In this document: piece after piece, positions 6,953 through 16,915 of the stretch
How the letters are laid out: each line of letters begins with the position of its first letter
How positions within the stretch are numbered: the stretch's first letter is position 1
NCBI GenBank assembly: GCA_039924425.1
Contig: JBDTAX010000045.1
Coordinates: forward strand, 5,064 to 69,063
DNA: 64,000 nucleotides
DNA from: Pseudonocardiaceae bacterium
Lineage (GTDB): Bacteria > Actinomycetota > Actinomycetes > Mycobacteriales > Pseudonocardiaceae
Direction: 5' to 3'
Program-made: the position numbers and the translations under genes
Notes under the pieces: model-generated
What the model was told of the DNA's origin: nothing
Seen by the model: the letters and a program-made list of their open reading frames with translations, nothing else
The model's database searches: none

Positions 6953-8194
6953 ATGAAATTACGAGAGGCGGTGCTCATCGCGCTACGCGCGGTGCGCGCC
7001 CACCGGCTGCGCTCCGCGCTGACCATGCTCGGCCTCATCATCGGAATCTCGGCGGTGATCCTGCTGGTCGCCATCGGCGACGGGGTGCAGAAATCGGTCG
7101 ATGCGCGCATTGAGCCACTGGCCGATCTGATCACTATCGTGGCCACGACCGGGGACCTCCCCGGCGGCCCCGCCCCGAAAAATCTGACCGATGCCGATGT
7201 CGAGGCATTGCGAAAAGCACCGGACGTCGTCGCCGTCACCCCGGTGGTTACCGGCCCATCCCTGATTGGAACCGATGCCGCCCAGTCGACCCTCCCCTCA
7301 CGGGTAACCGTGGTCGGCTCCACTGACCACTGGTTCGAAGTGGCTGACCGGGATATTCAGACTGGATCCTTCTTTGACCAGGCCCAGGTTCGCTCCGCCG
7401 CGAGAGTGGTGGTGCTGGGGCCCACCGCGGTGACCAACCTGTTCGGCGGCGACTCCACTACCGCCCTGGGCAGCACCGTCCGGATCAACCGCCAGACCTT
7501 CACCGTCATCGGGGTGATGCAGACCGTCGGCCTGCCAGGCGACAACATCGTGGTCATGCCGCTGAGCACCGCACGCAGCTATGTCTTCGGTCACGGCGAC
7601 ATCGTCAACGAGGTCACTGCGCAAGCAACTCGCTCGGCCGCTGTGCCCGCCGCCGAAGAACAGGTCACCAACATCCTCGACAACCGACACCGCATCAGAA
7701 ACCCAGCATCCCGAGATTTCGAAGTCCAGACCCTGACAACCGCCATCTCCAGGTTCAACCAGATCCTGCAGATCCTCACCTTGTTCACCGCCGCTGTCGC
7801 CACGGTCTCCCTGGTCGTCGGCTCGATCGGCGTCCTGAACATCATGCTGGTCTCAGTCACCGAACGAACCCGAGAGATCGGGATCCGCAAAGCGATCGGC
7901 GCCACCAAGCGCGCCATCCTCGAACAGTTCCTCATCGAATCCATCGTCCTGGCCAGCCTCGGCGGGCTCATCGGCATTGGCGTCGGAATCGGACTGTCCC
8001 TGCTCAGCGGCGTCATCGCGGCCGCCTTCGCGAGCCACCTCGGCCCCGTCCTCGCCGGGTTCACCCCCGTCGTGAGCGTCCTGCCCGTGGTGGTGTCCTT
8101 CACGATCAGCCTCGCGATCGGGCTCATCGCCGGCGGCTACCCGGCTTATCGCGCCGCCCGGTTGCGCCCGGTGGAAGCCCTCAGATACGAGTAA
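6953..8194 (+). CDS. MacB/FtsX-type ABC transporter permease (no adjacent ATPase gene)
   Basis: In-frame ATG at 6953 (MKLREAVLIALRAV). N-terminal TM (LRSALTMLGLIIGISAVILLVAIG), a ~250-aa extracytoplasmic domain, and a C-terminal FtsX region (GVLNIMLVSVTERTREIGIRKAIGA plus 3 TM segments). The downstream neighbour is convergent rarA. Confidence 0.9.
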   Translation: MKLREAVLIALRAVRAHRLRSALTMLGLIIGISAVILLVAIGDGVQKSVDARIEPLADLITIVATTGDLPGGPAPKNLTDADVEALRKAPDVVAVTPVVTGPSLIGTDAAQSTLPSRVTVVGSTDHWFEVADRDIQTGSFFDQAQVRSAARVVVLGPTAVTNLFGGDSTTALGSTVRINRQTFTVIGVMQTVGLPGDNIVVMPLSTARSYVFGHGDIVNEVTAQATRSAAVPAAEEQVTNILDNRHRIRNPASRDFEVQTLTTAISRFNQILQILTLFTAAVATVSLVVGSIGVLNIMLVSVTERTREIGIRKAIGATKRAILEQFLIESIVLASLGGLIGIGVGIGLSLLSGVIAAAFASHLGPVLAGFTPVVSVLPVVVSFTISLAIGLIAGGYPAYRAARLRPVEALRYE

Positions 8195-8222
8195 GAGAGC
8201 GCACGCACCCCGCGTCACAGCA

Positions 8223-9608
8223 TCAGCGGCCGCGGATGATCTGGCGCAGCCGGGGCAGCCGCTGAGCCAGCGCCCGTTCCGCGCCGTGGCCGCTCGGCTG
8301 GTAGTAGTCCCGGCTGACCAGGGCGTCCGGCGGGTATTGCTGAGCCAGCACGCCCTCAGGCGCGTCGTGCGGGTAGCGGTAGCCCAGCGCGTGACCGAGC
8401 TGGGCGGAGCCGGCGTAGTGCCCGTCGCGCAGGTGAGCCGGGACCGCTCCGGTGGCGCCGGCCCGGACGTCGGCCAGCGCCGAGTCGATTGCGGTGAGCA
8501 CCGCGTTGGATTTCGGCGCGGTGGCCAGGTGCACGGTGGCCTGGGCCAGCGCCAACCGGCCCTCGGGCATCCCGATGAGCGCCACGGCATGGGCGGCGGC
8601 CACCGCGGCCTGCAGCGCGCTCGGATCGGCCATGCCGATGTCCTCGCTGGCGTGCACCACCAGCCGCCGGGCGATGAACCGGGGGTCCTCGCCCGCCTCC
8701 ACCATGCGCGCCAGGTAGTGCAGCGCCGCGTCCACATCGGAGCCCCGGATGGCCTTGATGAACGCGCTGATCACGTCGTAGTGCTGGTCCCCGGCCCGGT
8801 CGTAGCGCACCGCGGCCCGGTCCACCACGGACTCGACGCGGGCCAGGTCCACCTCGCGGGCACCCACCGAGGCCACCGCCTCGGCGGCGGTCTCCAGCGC
8901 GGTCAACGCCCGCCGGGCGTCCCCGCCGGCCAGGCGCACCAGATGGTCCTCCGCCGCGGGCACCAGCGTGATCGACCCGTCCAGACCCCTCGGGTCGGCC
9001 AGCGCACGCCGGATCAGGGTCCGCACGTCATCGTCAGGCAACGGGTGCAGTTGCAGCACCAGCGAGCGGGACAGCAGCGGCGAGACCATCGAGAAGAACG
9101 GGTTCTCCGTGGTCGCGGCGACCAGCAGCACGACCCGGTCCTCCACCGCGCCGAGCAGCGCGTCCTGCTGAGTGCGGGAGAAGCGGTGCACCTCGTCGAT
9201 GAACAGCACCGTGGCGTCCCCACCCTCACGGCCCAACCGGCGGCGCGCGGCGTCAATCACCGCGCGGACTTCCTTGACCCCGGCCGACAGCGCCGACAGC
9301 GCCTCGAAGCGCCGCCCGGTCACCCGCGAGACCAGCCGGGCCAGCGTCGTCTTCCCGGTCCCCGGTGGCCCGTACAAGATCACCGACGCCGCGTGGCCGC
9401 CTTCGACCAGCCTGCGCAGGGGGCTGCCGGGCGCCAGCAGGTGGTCTTGCCCGAGGACCTCCTCCAGGGTGGCCGGCCGCATCCGCACCGCCAGCGGCGC
9501 CGAGGCGGACAGCCGTCGCTGTGCGAGGTGCTCGGCCCGCGCGGCGAACAGTCCCTCGTCGAACAGCGCCGCCCCGTCGTTATCTGCTGCCACTCCGTTA
9601 TCGACCAC
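8223..9608 (-). CDS. rarA: Replication-associated recombination protein A (AAA+ ATPase)
   Basis: Walker [14 protein letters not shown], Walker [11 protein letters not shown], and an MgsA C-terminal region ([27 protein letters not shown]). The ORF extends to 9668. GTG at 9608 reduces the overlap with the upstream SGNH gene to 11 nt, so the start is uncertain. Confidence 0.9.
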   Translation of the reverse strand: MVDNGVAADNDGAALFDEGLFAARAEHLAQRRLSASAPLAVRMRPATLEEVLGQDHLLAPGSPLRRLVEGGHAASVILYGPPGTGKTTLARLVSRVTGRRFEALSALSAGVKEVRAVIDAARRRLGREGGDATVLFIDEVHRFSRTQQDALLGAVEDRVVLLVAATTENPFFSMVSPLLSRSLVLQLHPLPDDDVRTLIRRALADPRGLDGSITLVPAAEDHLVRLAGGDARRALTALETAAEAVASVGAREVDLARVESVVDRAAVRYDRAGDQHYDVISAFIKAIRGSDVDAALHYLARMVEAGEDPRFIARRLVVHASEDIGMADPSALQAAVAAAHAVALIGMPEGRLALAQATVHLATAPKSNAVLTAIDSALADVRAGATGAVPAHLRDGHYAGSAQLGHALGYRYPHDAPEGVLAQQYPPDALVSRDYYQPSGHGAERALAQRLPRLRQIIRGR

Positions 9609-10428
9609 ATCGCGACGGTACCGCCGCCGGCCGACCGACCAGGTCCCGCAGCACCAGCTTGGCGGCATACGGCACCAGGTCCCGGCCGCGCCGAGCCAGC
9701 CACGGCACGCCGTAGAAGACGAGCCAGCCGACGTGGTGGGCGGTGGTCAGCCGCCGACCCCCCGCGCAGGTCAGATCGACGGGATGGGGCACCGCGACGC
9801 CGGCACCCGCGAGCAGCTCAGCGAAGCCGGCGGCGAGCATCCGGTGCCCGAGCTCAGAGGGGTGCAGCCGGTCCACGCTCCACGCCGCGGGGTCACCGGC
9901 ACCGGGCATCAAATGCAGGTCCAGGCACAGCGCGCCGCGCCGGGCCACCACCTGATCAGTGGCGTCGTTGAGCTGCCCGATCCGCTGGTGCAAGGCACGG
10001 CGCAGGGGCCCAGGCAACCGGAACACCCGTCCGTGATCGTGAAACCGGGTGGTCAGCACCGCGGCCCCGCTGGCCCGCAGCGCGGTGACCGTGACGTCAA
10101 GGTCCTCGCGCAGCGCGGCGGGATCGAAATCCGAGCGCAGCGTGTCGTTCATCCCAGCCATGATCACCACTGTGTCGGGGCGCGCCGCCAGCGCGCCGGG
10201 CAGCTGCCGGCGCCGCAGGTCGGCCAGCCGCGCGCCGACAGCGGACAGGTTGGTGTAGCGGACCTCGCCCGGGGCACCGAGTGCCGCCGCCAGCAGCGGG
10301 CCGAAACCACGCCAACCCCCAGCGGGCAGCGGGTCGCCCAGCCCGACCGAGGTGGAATCACCGAGCACAGTCAGGCTCGCGACGCGACGACTCAGCGGAC
10401 GAACAACGGGGAGCGTTTCCACGGTCAC
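9598..10428 (-). CDS. SGNH/GDSL-family hydrolase
   Basis: Block [15 protein letters not shown], block [10 protein letters not shown], block V DRLHPS. Confidence 0.85.
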   Translation of the reverse strand: MTVETLPVVRPLSRRVASLTVLGDSTSVGLGDPLPAGGWRGFGPLLAAALGAPGEVRYTNLSAVGARLADLRRRQLPGALAARPDTVVIMAGMNDTLRSDFDPAALREDLDVTVTALRASGAAVLTTRFHDHGRVFRLPGPLRRALHQRIGQLNDATDQVVARRGALCLDLHLMPGAGDPAAWSVDRLHPSELGHRMLAAGFAELLAGAGVAVPHPVDLTCAGGRRLTTAHHVGWLVFYGVPWLARRGRDLVPYAAKLVLRDLVGRPAAVPSRCGR

Positions 10429-10885
10429 TCAACGATGATCACCCGACTGGGCTCACTGCTGGTGAGCGCACGGTGACATGTCGGCGACAGCCTCACGAAT
10501 TATCCGTGTCACGACTCACCGCGCGATCCAGACTTCATAGGCGGATCGGTCAGTAACAGGCAGGGGCTCGTCATGTCGACGAAGTCGGTCCCCGGCGACG
10601 GGGAGCACGGCAAGGACAGCAAAGGCATGCCGCTGGGTGAGCCGCGCCGCCACGCGATGGCATTCGTCCGCGAGTTGATCCGAGGGCTGTGGGTATTGCG
10701 GCGGCGGTGAACGGACTTGTGCCGCTGTTCCGCGACGGGGCCGGAGGGACGTCCGGGGATCCGTTGGAGCTGGCTGGTCCCACGCCGACGGTCGACCTGA
10801 CGGCGCTGGGTCTGCTGCTGGCCCCGCCGGCTCTGCTGGGCGAGTTCATTCCCCGCGCACTGTGGTTGAACGTTGACCGTATTGA

Positions 10886-11350
10886 GCCCGCTCTACCGAG
10901 GGCGCAACCCGGCTCGTTGCCGCGCGCATTCCGTCCGCCGTTGAGGATCTCATCGCCGACGTCGAGGTGATCAGAGTGAAGGTTTCTGGGGGCCTGGCCG
11001 CGCTGGCGCATGTGGTGCGCGCCGCGTCTGGGCGGCGGGTTATCGCTTTCACCACGGACCTGACCTGTGACGCGGGGATCAGCACGGCCGCCGTGGTGCG
11101 CCGTCTACTGATCGACCTCGATCTGAATGCTGAACTGGTGGTGATCGATCTGCACCGTGAGCGAACCGAGCCGATTTGGTCGTCGGTCGGGCCCAGGCTT
11201 GATGCCCTGCCCGAGGTGAACGCCGCGACGGCTGAAATCGCCGCCCGGCTCGGTGTGGGGCTCTTGCTGTCCGGCGATGGCGCGGATGAGCTTCTCGGTG
11301 TCCCGCGCTTCGCCACCGCTCATATCGCCGCCCGCCGTGGGCCGTGGGCG
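10886..11350 (+). pseudogene. Asparagine-synthetase-like (PP-loop ATP-pyrophosphatase, lasso-cyclase-like) gene remnant
   Basis: The frame reads ...AVEDLIADVEVIRVKVSGGLAALAHVV (a degenerate SGGLDS PP-loop) ... LLLSGDGADELLG, which resembles AsnB LLSGEGADELFGG. In-frame stops lie just upstream. A possible N-terminal piece sits in another frame (10689..10970). Sequence after about 11350 loses protein-like character. Confidence 0.5.
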
Positions 11351-11904
11351 GCCGTACGGTATGATCCCGTCGATCGGCTGGCCGATGATCGCCTCCCCCA
11401 GCGTTGTCCCGTCATCCTCGCGCAAGGTCAGCCGCCACCCGGCCGGGTCCACGCTGGGAAAGACTTCCGCCAGTGGCGACACCGGGCATGGCACGGGAGT
11501 AGCCAACCGCTGGTGGATGTAGCGCCACAAATCCCGACCCGAGAACCCGGCGGCCTCCAAATACCGTGCGGGTCACCGGGCAGTGCCGTACCGGCAGTCC
11601 CTCCAGCCCAAGAGTGAGCGCGGAAGCGAACTCGAACGCATACACCGCACGCGGTCCAAGCTGAGCGAGCGCATGGATGATCAGGTCCTCAGCGGACGTT
11701 GGTGCGGGGCGCAGCCAGCCCAGCCCAGCAACCACCATCCACCATCCACTGGGGAACGCCCGGCCAGGGCCGCACCGAGCATGCCCGACGTCGTCTCCGG
11801 TTGACCGGGCAACCGGTCAGCATTGACCAGCCTCAGAACAGTGGGCTCATCCGCGACCGCGTACGGGCGCGCGAACCAGGGTCGCCGCCCCGATGGCCGT
11901 GATC

Positions 11905-12010
11905 TCCACGCTTAAGTCCTCGCTGCCCCGCCTGGCGCATGCTTGTTGCGGCTGAACTCAGCATACCTGGATGTCGACCCGACCTGTTGTAGGCGCGCCC
12001 CCAGCCCTCG
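11905..12010 (-). mobile_element. Possible remnant of an IS3-family transposase C-terminus
   Basis: Minus-strand translation PLAEGWGRAYNRSGRHPGMLSSAAT weakly resembles the OrfB end motif IEGFYNRRRRHSxLGYLSPA. No intact ORF or terminal repeats were identified. Confidence 0.2.
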
Positions 12011-12160
12011 GCGAGTGGGCGGCGTCGCGGCTTGACATCCATAGGAACATCAGCGCCGTCTGCATGACTTTGTTCAACTATGCTATACTGACAAGTCAAG
12101 TCGTCCTAACCGTAACACTGCCTTGAAATGGCACAATCCGGCATTGGAGGGTGGTATGTG

Positions 12161-12472
12161 ATGCGCGCGAAGGAGAGGGAAGTTCTTCTAGAAAAACTGC
12201 GGCGCGTTGAAAAAGACCACGGCGACAGCTTTGATCTTTTTGTGCGGGCGTGCCGCAACAGAGCAACCAAATTTGATCCAAATCTGCCAATTTGGGGCGC
12301 GCTTAAAGAAATGGGCATCATTATCGACCTCAGTCCGGATGGAATTCCGCAAATCGATGAAGAAATTCGAGATTTCGTGCGGCACAGTGGCGAAGTTGTC
12401 GCTATGCCCAGGCGACCCAACGAGTCGGGAGAATACGAAACGAGCAAACACCGCGTGAAGCCGAAGGAGTAA
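12161..12472 (+). CDS. Hypothetical protein in a low-GC islet
   Basis: ATG 12161 lies 9 nt after GGAGGG (12146-12151), within ORF 12128..12472. Lys/Glu/Asp-rich 103-aa product with no motif I recognise. An extended -10 like element TGCTATACT lies at 12081-12089. G+C is clearly lower than the flanks. Confidence 0.55.
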   Translation: MRAKEREVLLEKLRRVEKDHGDSFDLFVRACRNRATKFDPNLPIWGALKEMGIIIDLSPDGIPQIDEEIRDFVRHSGEVVAMPRRPNESGEYETSKHRVKPKE

Positions 12473-12503
12473 CGGCAGAGATTAATCCTTGCGTTGGCGC
12501 CCG

Positions 12504-13254
12504 CTAGCCCGCGAGCGACTTCGGCAACGATTGGGGGAGCTGGTCGATGAGCATCCGGTCGAGTGCGACTCGGTCGTGGGAGGCGGCGGCCTCGGCTTGG
12601 ATGCGCATCTTCTCCGCATCAGCCCGAGCGAGGATGCGGACTCGTTCGGCGTCGGCTTCGGCGGGTTTGATGATCTCGACGACGAGCTGCTGCTGGCATA
12701 GCTCAGCCTCGCGTTGGGCCAGTTCGGTTTGCGCCGCGATCACCTCGCGTTGCGCCTGGGCCTGCGCGAGCGGGCCGACCTGCCGGGTTGGGCTTGGGCC
12801 TTGTCGACCTCGGCTTTGTACTGAGCCTGCACCATCGCGCTCCGCCGGGTGTATTCGGCCTGCTTGCGCTGCGACTCCTGCTGTGCCTGAGCGGCGACCT
12901 GGTCGGCCTGTGCCTGAGCGATCTTCGCTTGACGTTGAATGGCGGCGGTATGGGGCGCGGCCATCGCGGCGATGTAGCCGATGTCCCGGTCGTCAATCGA
13001 TTGGATCTGCAGCGAGTCCACCGTGAGCCCGATGGTGGCCATTTCCGTCTTCGACACGTCCAGCACCTCGGTGGCCAGTTTCTGTCGCTCGGTGACGATA
13101 TTGCCGACCTTGAACGCGATCACCGCCCACACGTTCACCGCGATCCCCTGCCGAGCCACGCACGTCTCGCCACCTCGGCCTCGCGCATCGCCAAGGTCAG
13201 AAACCGCACTTTGCGAAGGAACGGCGGCACGAATGCGCCGTGCCCGGTCACCAC
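12504..13254 (-). pseudogene. Flotillin/SPFH (band 7) family gene, degraded
   Basis: Flotillin-like segments sit in three frames: VVTGHGAFVPPFLRKVRFLTLAMREAEV; QGIAVNVWAVIAFKVG...SLQIQSIDDRDIGYIAAMAAPHTAAIQRQAKIAQA; and REVIAAQTELAQREAEL...RIQAEAAASHDRVALDRMLIDQLPQ. The N-terminal TM region and the C-terminal end are missing. Confidence 0.75.
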
Positions 13255-13463
13255 CCGAAACGGGGCGCCGCCCCGACAGTGCGTGAACCACGGGCCTCGA
13301 CCACCAGCACGGACGCTCCCTTGGGCAATGGGTCATCCGACCACGCCAAGTAGGGCTCAGTCCCGCCCCGAATCTTTACCCGGACCTCGCCGGGGCCATC
13401 CGCACCCCGCGTGCCGACAACCAGCACGCCGATGCGGCCCACTACCGCCGCATCCCCGCGCAC
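13248..13463 (-). pseudogene. NfeD-like OB-fold C-terminal fragment
   Basis: GEVRVKIRGGTEPYLAWSDDPLPKGASVLVVEARGSRTV matches the NfeD C-terminal soluble domain. The membrane N-terminus is absent. It sits immediately upstream of the flotillin remnant, the usual NfeD-flotillin pairing. Confidence 0.55.
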
Positions 13464-13579
13464 CCGGCGACCCTTCCTGGCTACCTCTACCGATGACTAA
13501 TCTGGGTTTCACCCCAGTCCGGGAGGCATGCTCTGGGGTGCGTGGGGCTCTCCCCGATTTTACCCGCCGTCAAGTACCG

Positions 13580-15355
13580 TTAGCTCTTCGCGGGAGGCCT
13601 CGCGTCCACTCCGGCCTCGGCGCGCTGCGCCGGGGTGATCGGGGCGGGAGCGCCGGTGAGCGGGTCGTGGCCGCCGCCGGACTTGGGGAACGCGATGACC
13701 TCGCGCAGCGAGTCGGCACCGGCGAGCAGCATGCAGACCCGGTCCCAGCCGAAGGCGATCCCCCCGTGCGGCGGCGGGCCATAGCGCAGCGCCTCCAGCA
13801 GGAAACCGAACTTCTCCCGCGCCTGCTCCGCAGAAATCCCGAGCACCCCGAACACCCGTTGCTGCATCTCGGGCTGGTGAATGCGGATCGAGCCCCCACC
13901 GATCTCGTTGCCGTTGCAGACCAGGTCATAGGCGTAGCCCAACGCCGAGACCGGATCTTGGTCGAACCGGTCGGCCCACTGCGCCATGGGCGCGGTGAAC
14001 GGGTGATGCACCGCGGTCCAGCCGCCGGAGCCGATCGCGACGTCCTCGCTGCGCTCGGCCGGCTCGAACAGGGGCGCGTCCACCACCCAGACGAACGACC
14101 AGGCCGACTCGTCGATCAACTCGCAGCGCCGGCCGATCTCCACCCGGGCCGCGCCCAGCAGCGAGCGCGCGTCACGGGGATCACCGGCGGCGAAGAACAC
14201 GCAGTCACCAGGGCTGGCGCCGACCACTTTGGCCAGCCCGTCGCGCTCGTGCTCGGCGAGGTTGCGGGCCACCGGGCCGGACAGCTCGCCATCCTCGCTG
14301 ATCAGCACGTAGGCCAGGCCCTTGGCACCGCGCTGCTTGGCCCATTCCTGCCAAGCGTCCAGCGCCCGGCGTGGCTGGTCGGCTCCGCCGGGCATCACGA
14401 CCGCCCCCACGTAGGGCGCCTGGAACACCCGGAACGGCGTGTCGCTGAAGTAGCTGGTGAGCTCGGTGAGCTCGAGGCCGAAGCGCAGGTCCGGTTTGTC
14501 GGTGCCGTAGCGGGCCATCGCGTCGAGGTAACACAGCCGCGGGATCGGCCGCTCGATGTGGTGGCTGGCCAGCTCCGACCACAGCGTGGCCACCACCAGC
14601 TCGCTCAGCTCGATCACCTCGTCCTGCTCGACGAAGCTCATCTCGATGTCGAGTTGGGTGAACTCGGGTTGCCGGTCGGCCCGGAAGTCCTCGTCCCGGT
14701 AGCAGCGGGCGATCTGGTAGTAGCGCTCGATTCCGCTGACCATCAGCAGCTGCTTGAACAGCTGCGGCGACTGCGGCAGCGCGTACCAGCAGCCGGGCCG
14801 CAGCCGGGCGGGCACCAGGAAGTCCCGCGCGCCCTCGGGGGTGGAGCGGGTCAGGGTCGGGGTCTCCACTTCGAGGAAACCCTGCCGGTCCAGCACCTCG
14901 CGGGTGATCCGGTTGGCGTCGCTGCGCAGCCGCAGCATCGCCGCCGGGCCGGCACGGCGCAGGTCCAGGTACCGGTAGCGCAGCCGCACCTCCTCGCCGA
15001 CCGCCAGGTGCTCATCAAGCTGGAACGGCAGCGGGGCGCACTCGCCGAGCACCGTCAGCTCCTCGGCGATGACCTCCAGAGTGCCGGTGGGCAGATCCGG
15101 GTTCTCGCTGCCCGGGGGGCGCAGCGCCACGGTGCCGGTGACCTGGATGCAGAACTCGACGCGCAGCCGGTGCGCCCGCTGGGCCATCTCGCCCTCACGG
15201 AACACCACCTGCGCCACCCCGAGTTCGTCGCGCAGATCGATGAAGATCACGCCGCCGTGGTCGCGGCGGCGGTCGACCCACCCGGCGAGAGTGACTCTGT
15301 GCCCCAGGTGGTAGGGCTCGGGCTCCAGCGCGCCGGCATGCTCGGTGCGGATCAC
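13580..15355 (-). CDS. aspS: Aspartate--tRNA ligase
   Basis: GTG 15355 lies 9 nt after GAGGAG. OB-fold ([26 protein letters not shown]), class II motifs ([39 protein letters not shown]). Confidence 0.95.
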   Translation of the reverse strand: MIRTEHAGALEPEPYHLGHRVTLAGWVDRRRDHGGVIFIDLRDELGVAQVVFREGEMAQRAHRLRVEFCIQVTGTVALRPPGSENPDLPTGTLEVIAEELTVLGECAPLPFQLDEHLAVGEEVRLRYRYLDLRRAGPAAMLRLRSDANRITREVLDRQGFLEVETPTLTRSTPEGARDFLVPARLRPGCWYALPQSPQLFKQLLMVSGIERYYQIARCYRDEDFRADRQPEFTQLDIEMSFVEQDEVIELSELVVATLWSELASHHIERPIPRLCYLDAMARYGTDKPDLRFGLELTELTSYFSDTPFRVFQAPYVGAVVMPGGADQPRRALDAWQEWAKQRGAKGLAYVLISEDGELSGPVARNLAEHERDGLAKVVGASPGDCVFFAAGDPRDARSLLGAARVEIGRRCELIDESAWSFVWVVDAPLFEPAERSEDVAIGSGGWTAVHHPFTAPMAQWADRFDQDPVSALGYAYDLVCNGNEIGGGSIRIHQPEMQQRVFGVLGISAEQAREKFGFLLEALRYGPPPHGGIAFGWDRVCMLLAGADSLREVIAFPKSGGGHDPLTGAPAPITPAQRAEAGVDARPPAKS

Positions 15356-15431
15356 GGAAGCGGGCTCCTCGGCTCTGTTCGGTGGACTGCGACTGCGCAC
15401 AGGCTAGCCGCGACCCCCGACAGTCCCGAGG

Positions 15432-15638
15432 TCAGCCGCAGTCGAAGCCGCTGTGCCGCACATCCCCCACGAACGCCCGCCACGCGGACGGGGCGAACAC
15501 CAGCGCGGGACCGGACCGGTCCTTCGAGTCCCGCACGCCCACGCGACCCGGCACCACCGCCACCTCGACGCAGGCCTGCTGGCCGTTGCTGCGACTGCTC
15601 GTGCGCCAAGCGACACCAAAGGGCTCGGGGGTGCTCAT
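15432..15638 (-). CDS. DUF397 domain protein
   Basis: 68 aa with WRTSSRSNGQQACVEVA...VGVRDSKDRSGPALVF, the typical DUF397 signature. It lies directly downstream of an XRE/DUF5753-like regulator. Confidence 0.85.
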   Translation of the reverse strand: MSTPEPFGVAWRTSSRSNGQQACVEVAVVPGRVGVRDSKDRSGPALVFAPSAWRAFVGDVRHSGFDCG

Positions 15639-15653
15639 CTCGCTCGCTCCTGT

Positions 15654-16523
15654 CTACCTGCCCTCCACGAGCCCACCGATCAGCTCTGCGGACTCGCTCG
15701 GGCCCAGAGCCTGCTGCTTCAGGCCATCGAAGACCAGGATAAACCCCTCGACATCCTTGGCGTCCTCGACGTACACGTGACCGCCCGGGTACTCGACACA
15801 CACCACTGCGGGGTCTTCCGGGTCGGGGAAGCTCAGCATCCGGAACGGGCAGTTCTGCGACGGGTAGGCCCCCGCCGCGAACGGCATGACCTGCACCGAG
15901 ACGTGCGGCAGCTCGGTCACGTCCAGCAGGTGCCGCAACTGCTCACGCATCACCTCCGGGCCGCCGACCTGCTGGCGCAGCGCAGCCTCGGTGAGCACGC
16001 AGTCCAGCCGCAGCGGGGTTCCCGCATGCAGCTGCTCTTGCCGGGCCATCCGCAACCGAACCTGCTCGTCCACAGCATGGTCGCTGACCCCAGGTAACCA
16101 GGCGCGGACCAGCGCGGTGGCGTAGGCCTCGGTCTGCAGCAGACCAGTCACCACCATGTCCTCGTAGCTGCGCATCCAACTCGCCTCGGACTCCAAGCCA
16201 ACGAATTCCTCGAACTCCGCGGGGACGTCGTCCCAGGCGTTGAAGGTGGTCCACCAGCCTTTCTGACGGGACTGCAGGGCGAGCGCCATGTAGCGTTCCC
16301 GCTCCCGCTCACTGATGCCGTAGACGGTGGCCAGCGCGATCACCTCGGCCGGGCCGATCGCCTGCTCGGCGCGCTCCATCCGGCTGAGCTTCGAGGTCGC
16401 CCAGCCCAGCGGCGTGCAGATGTCCTCCAGCCGTAAGCCAGCCTCGGTGCGCCACCGGCGCAGGCCTCGCGCCACCTTGCGCCAGCGCACCGTGGGGCTG
16501 ATGCGTTCACTCACCTGAGTCAC
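15654..16523 (-). CDS. XRE-family helix-turn-helix regulator with DUF5753-like C-terminal domain (WhiJ-like)
   Basis: N-terminal HTH (LEDICTPLGWATSKLSRMERAEQ), a long C-terminal domain, and the canonical pairing with DUF397. Confidence 0.85.
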   Translation of the reverse strand: MTQVSERISPTVRWRKVARGLRRWRTEAGLRLEDICTPLGWATSKLSRMERAEQAIGPAEVIALATVYGISERERERYMALALQSRQKGWWTTFNAWDDVPAEFEEFVGLESEASWMRSYEDMVVTGLLQTEAYATALVRAWLPGVSDHAVDEQVRLRMARQEQLHAGTPLRLDCVLTEAALRQQVGGPEVMREQLRHLLDVTELPHVSVQVMPFAAGAYPSQNCPFRMLSFPDPEDPAVVCVEYPGGHVYVEDAKDVEGFILVFDGLKQQALGPSESAELIGGLVEGR

Positions 16524-16687
16524 CCTCCGTCCAGTTCAGCCGGCACCCACCGTCACCGGCGCACCACAGCATATTGCAAACTTGGACAGAGTAGCAATCA
16601 CGAACAGATGTAACATGATTTGCTCTATCGCAAGTTGCGTGACATCCTGGGTGCGTCCACACCGAGTACCACTGGGAGGAGCAACCC

Positions 16688-16909
16688 ATGACCATGCCCA
16701 CACAGCGGGGGCGCCACGCCCGCCGGATCGTCTGCCAAGACGCGTCCACCCGGCGGCAGTCCGTCGGGCTGTGGGCGGTGCCTTCGCAGGGCGTCATCGT
16801 CCTGGTGGCGCCGGTCGCGGACTCGGCCCGGTTCACCCGGGATCAGGCCATCGCCCTGCGCGCCGCCCTCGACGAGGCGATCGCCGAGCTGCCCTCCCCC
16901 GGCCTGTGA
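16688..16909 (+). CDS. Hypothetical protein
   Basis: ATG preceded by GGGAGGAG, high GC3, divergent from the XRE regulator. I recognise no motif. Confidence 0.5.
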   Translation: MTMPTQRGRHARRIVCQDASTRRQSVGLWAVPSQGVIVLVAPVADSARFTRDQAIALRAALDEAIAELPSPGL

Positions 16910-16915
16910 CGACCG

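Noticed and set aside
8286-9971. 561-aa ORF on the + strand
   Set aside because: It is antisense to rarA and the SGNH hydrolase. Its composition is Arg/Gly/Pro-dominated with no motifs.
12788-15742. 984-aa ORF on the + strand
   Set aside because: It lies antisense to the clearly recognisable aspS gene and to the flotillin/NfeD remnants. The translation is Arg/Pro/Gly/His-rich low-complexity sequence, typical of shadow ORFs in high-GC DNA.
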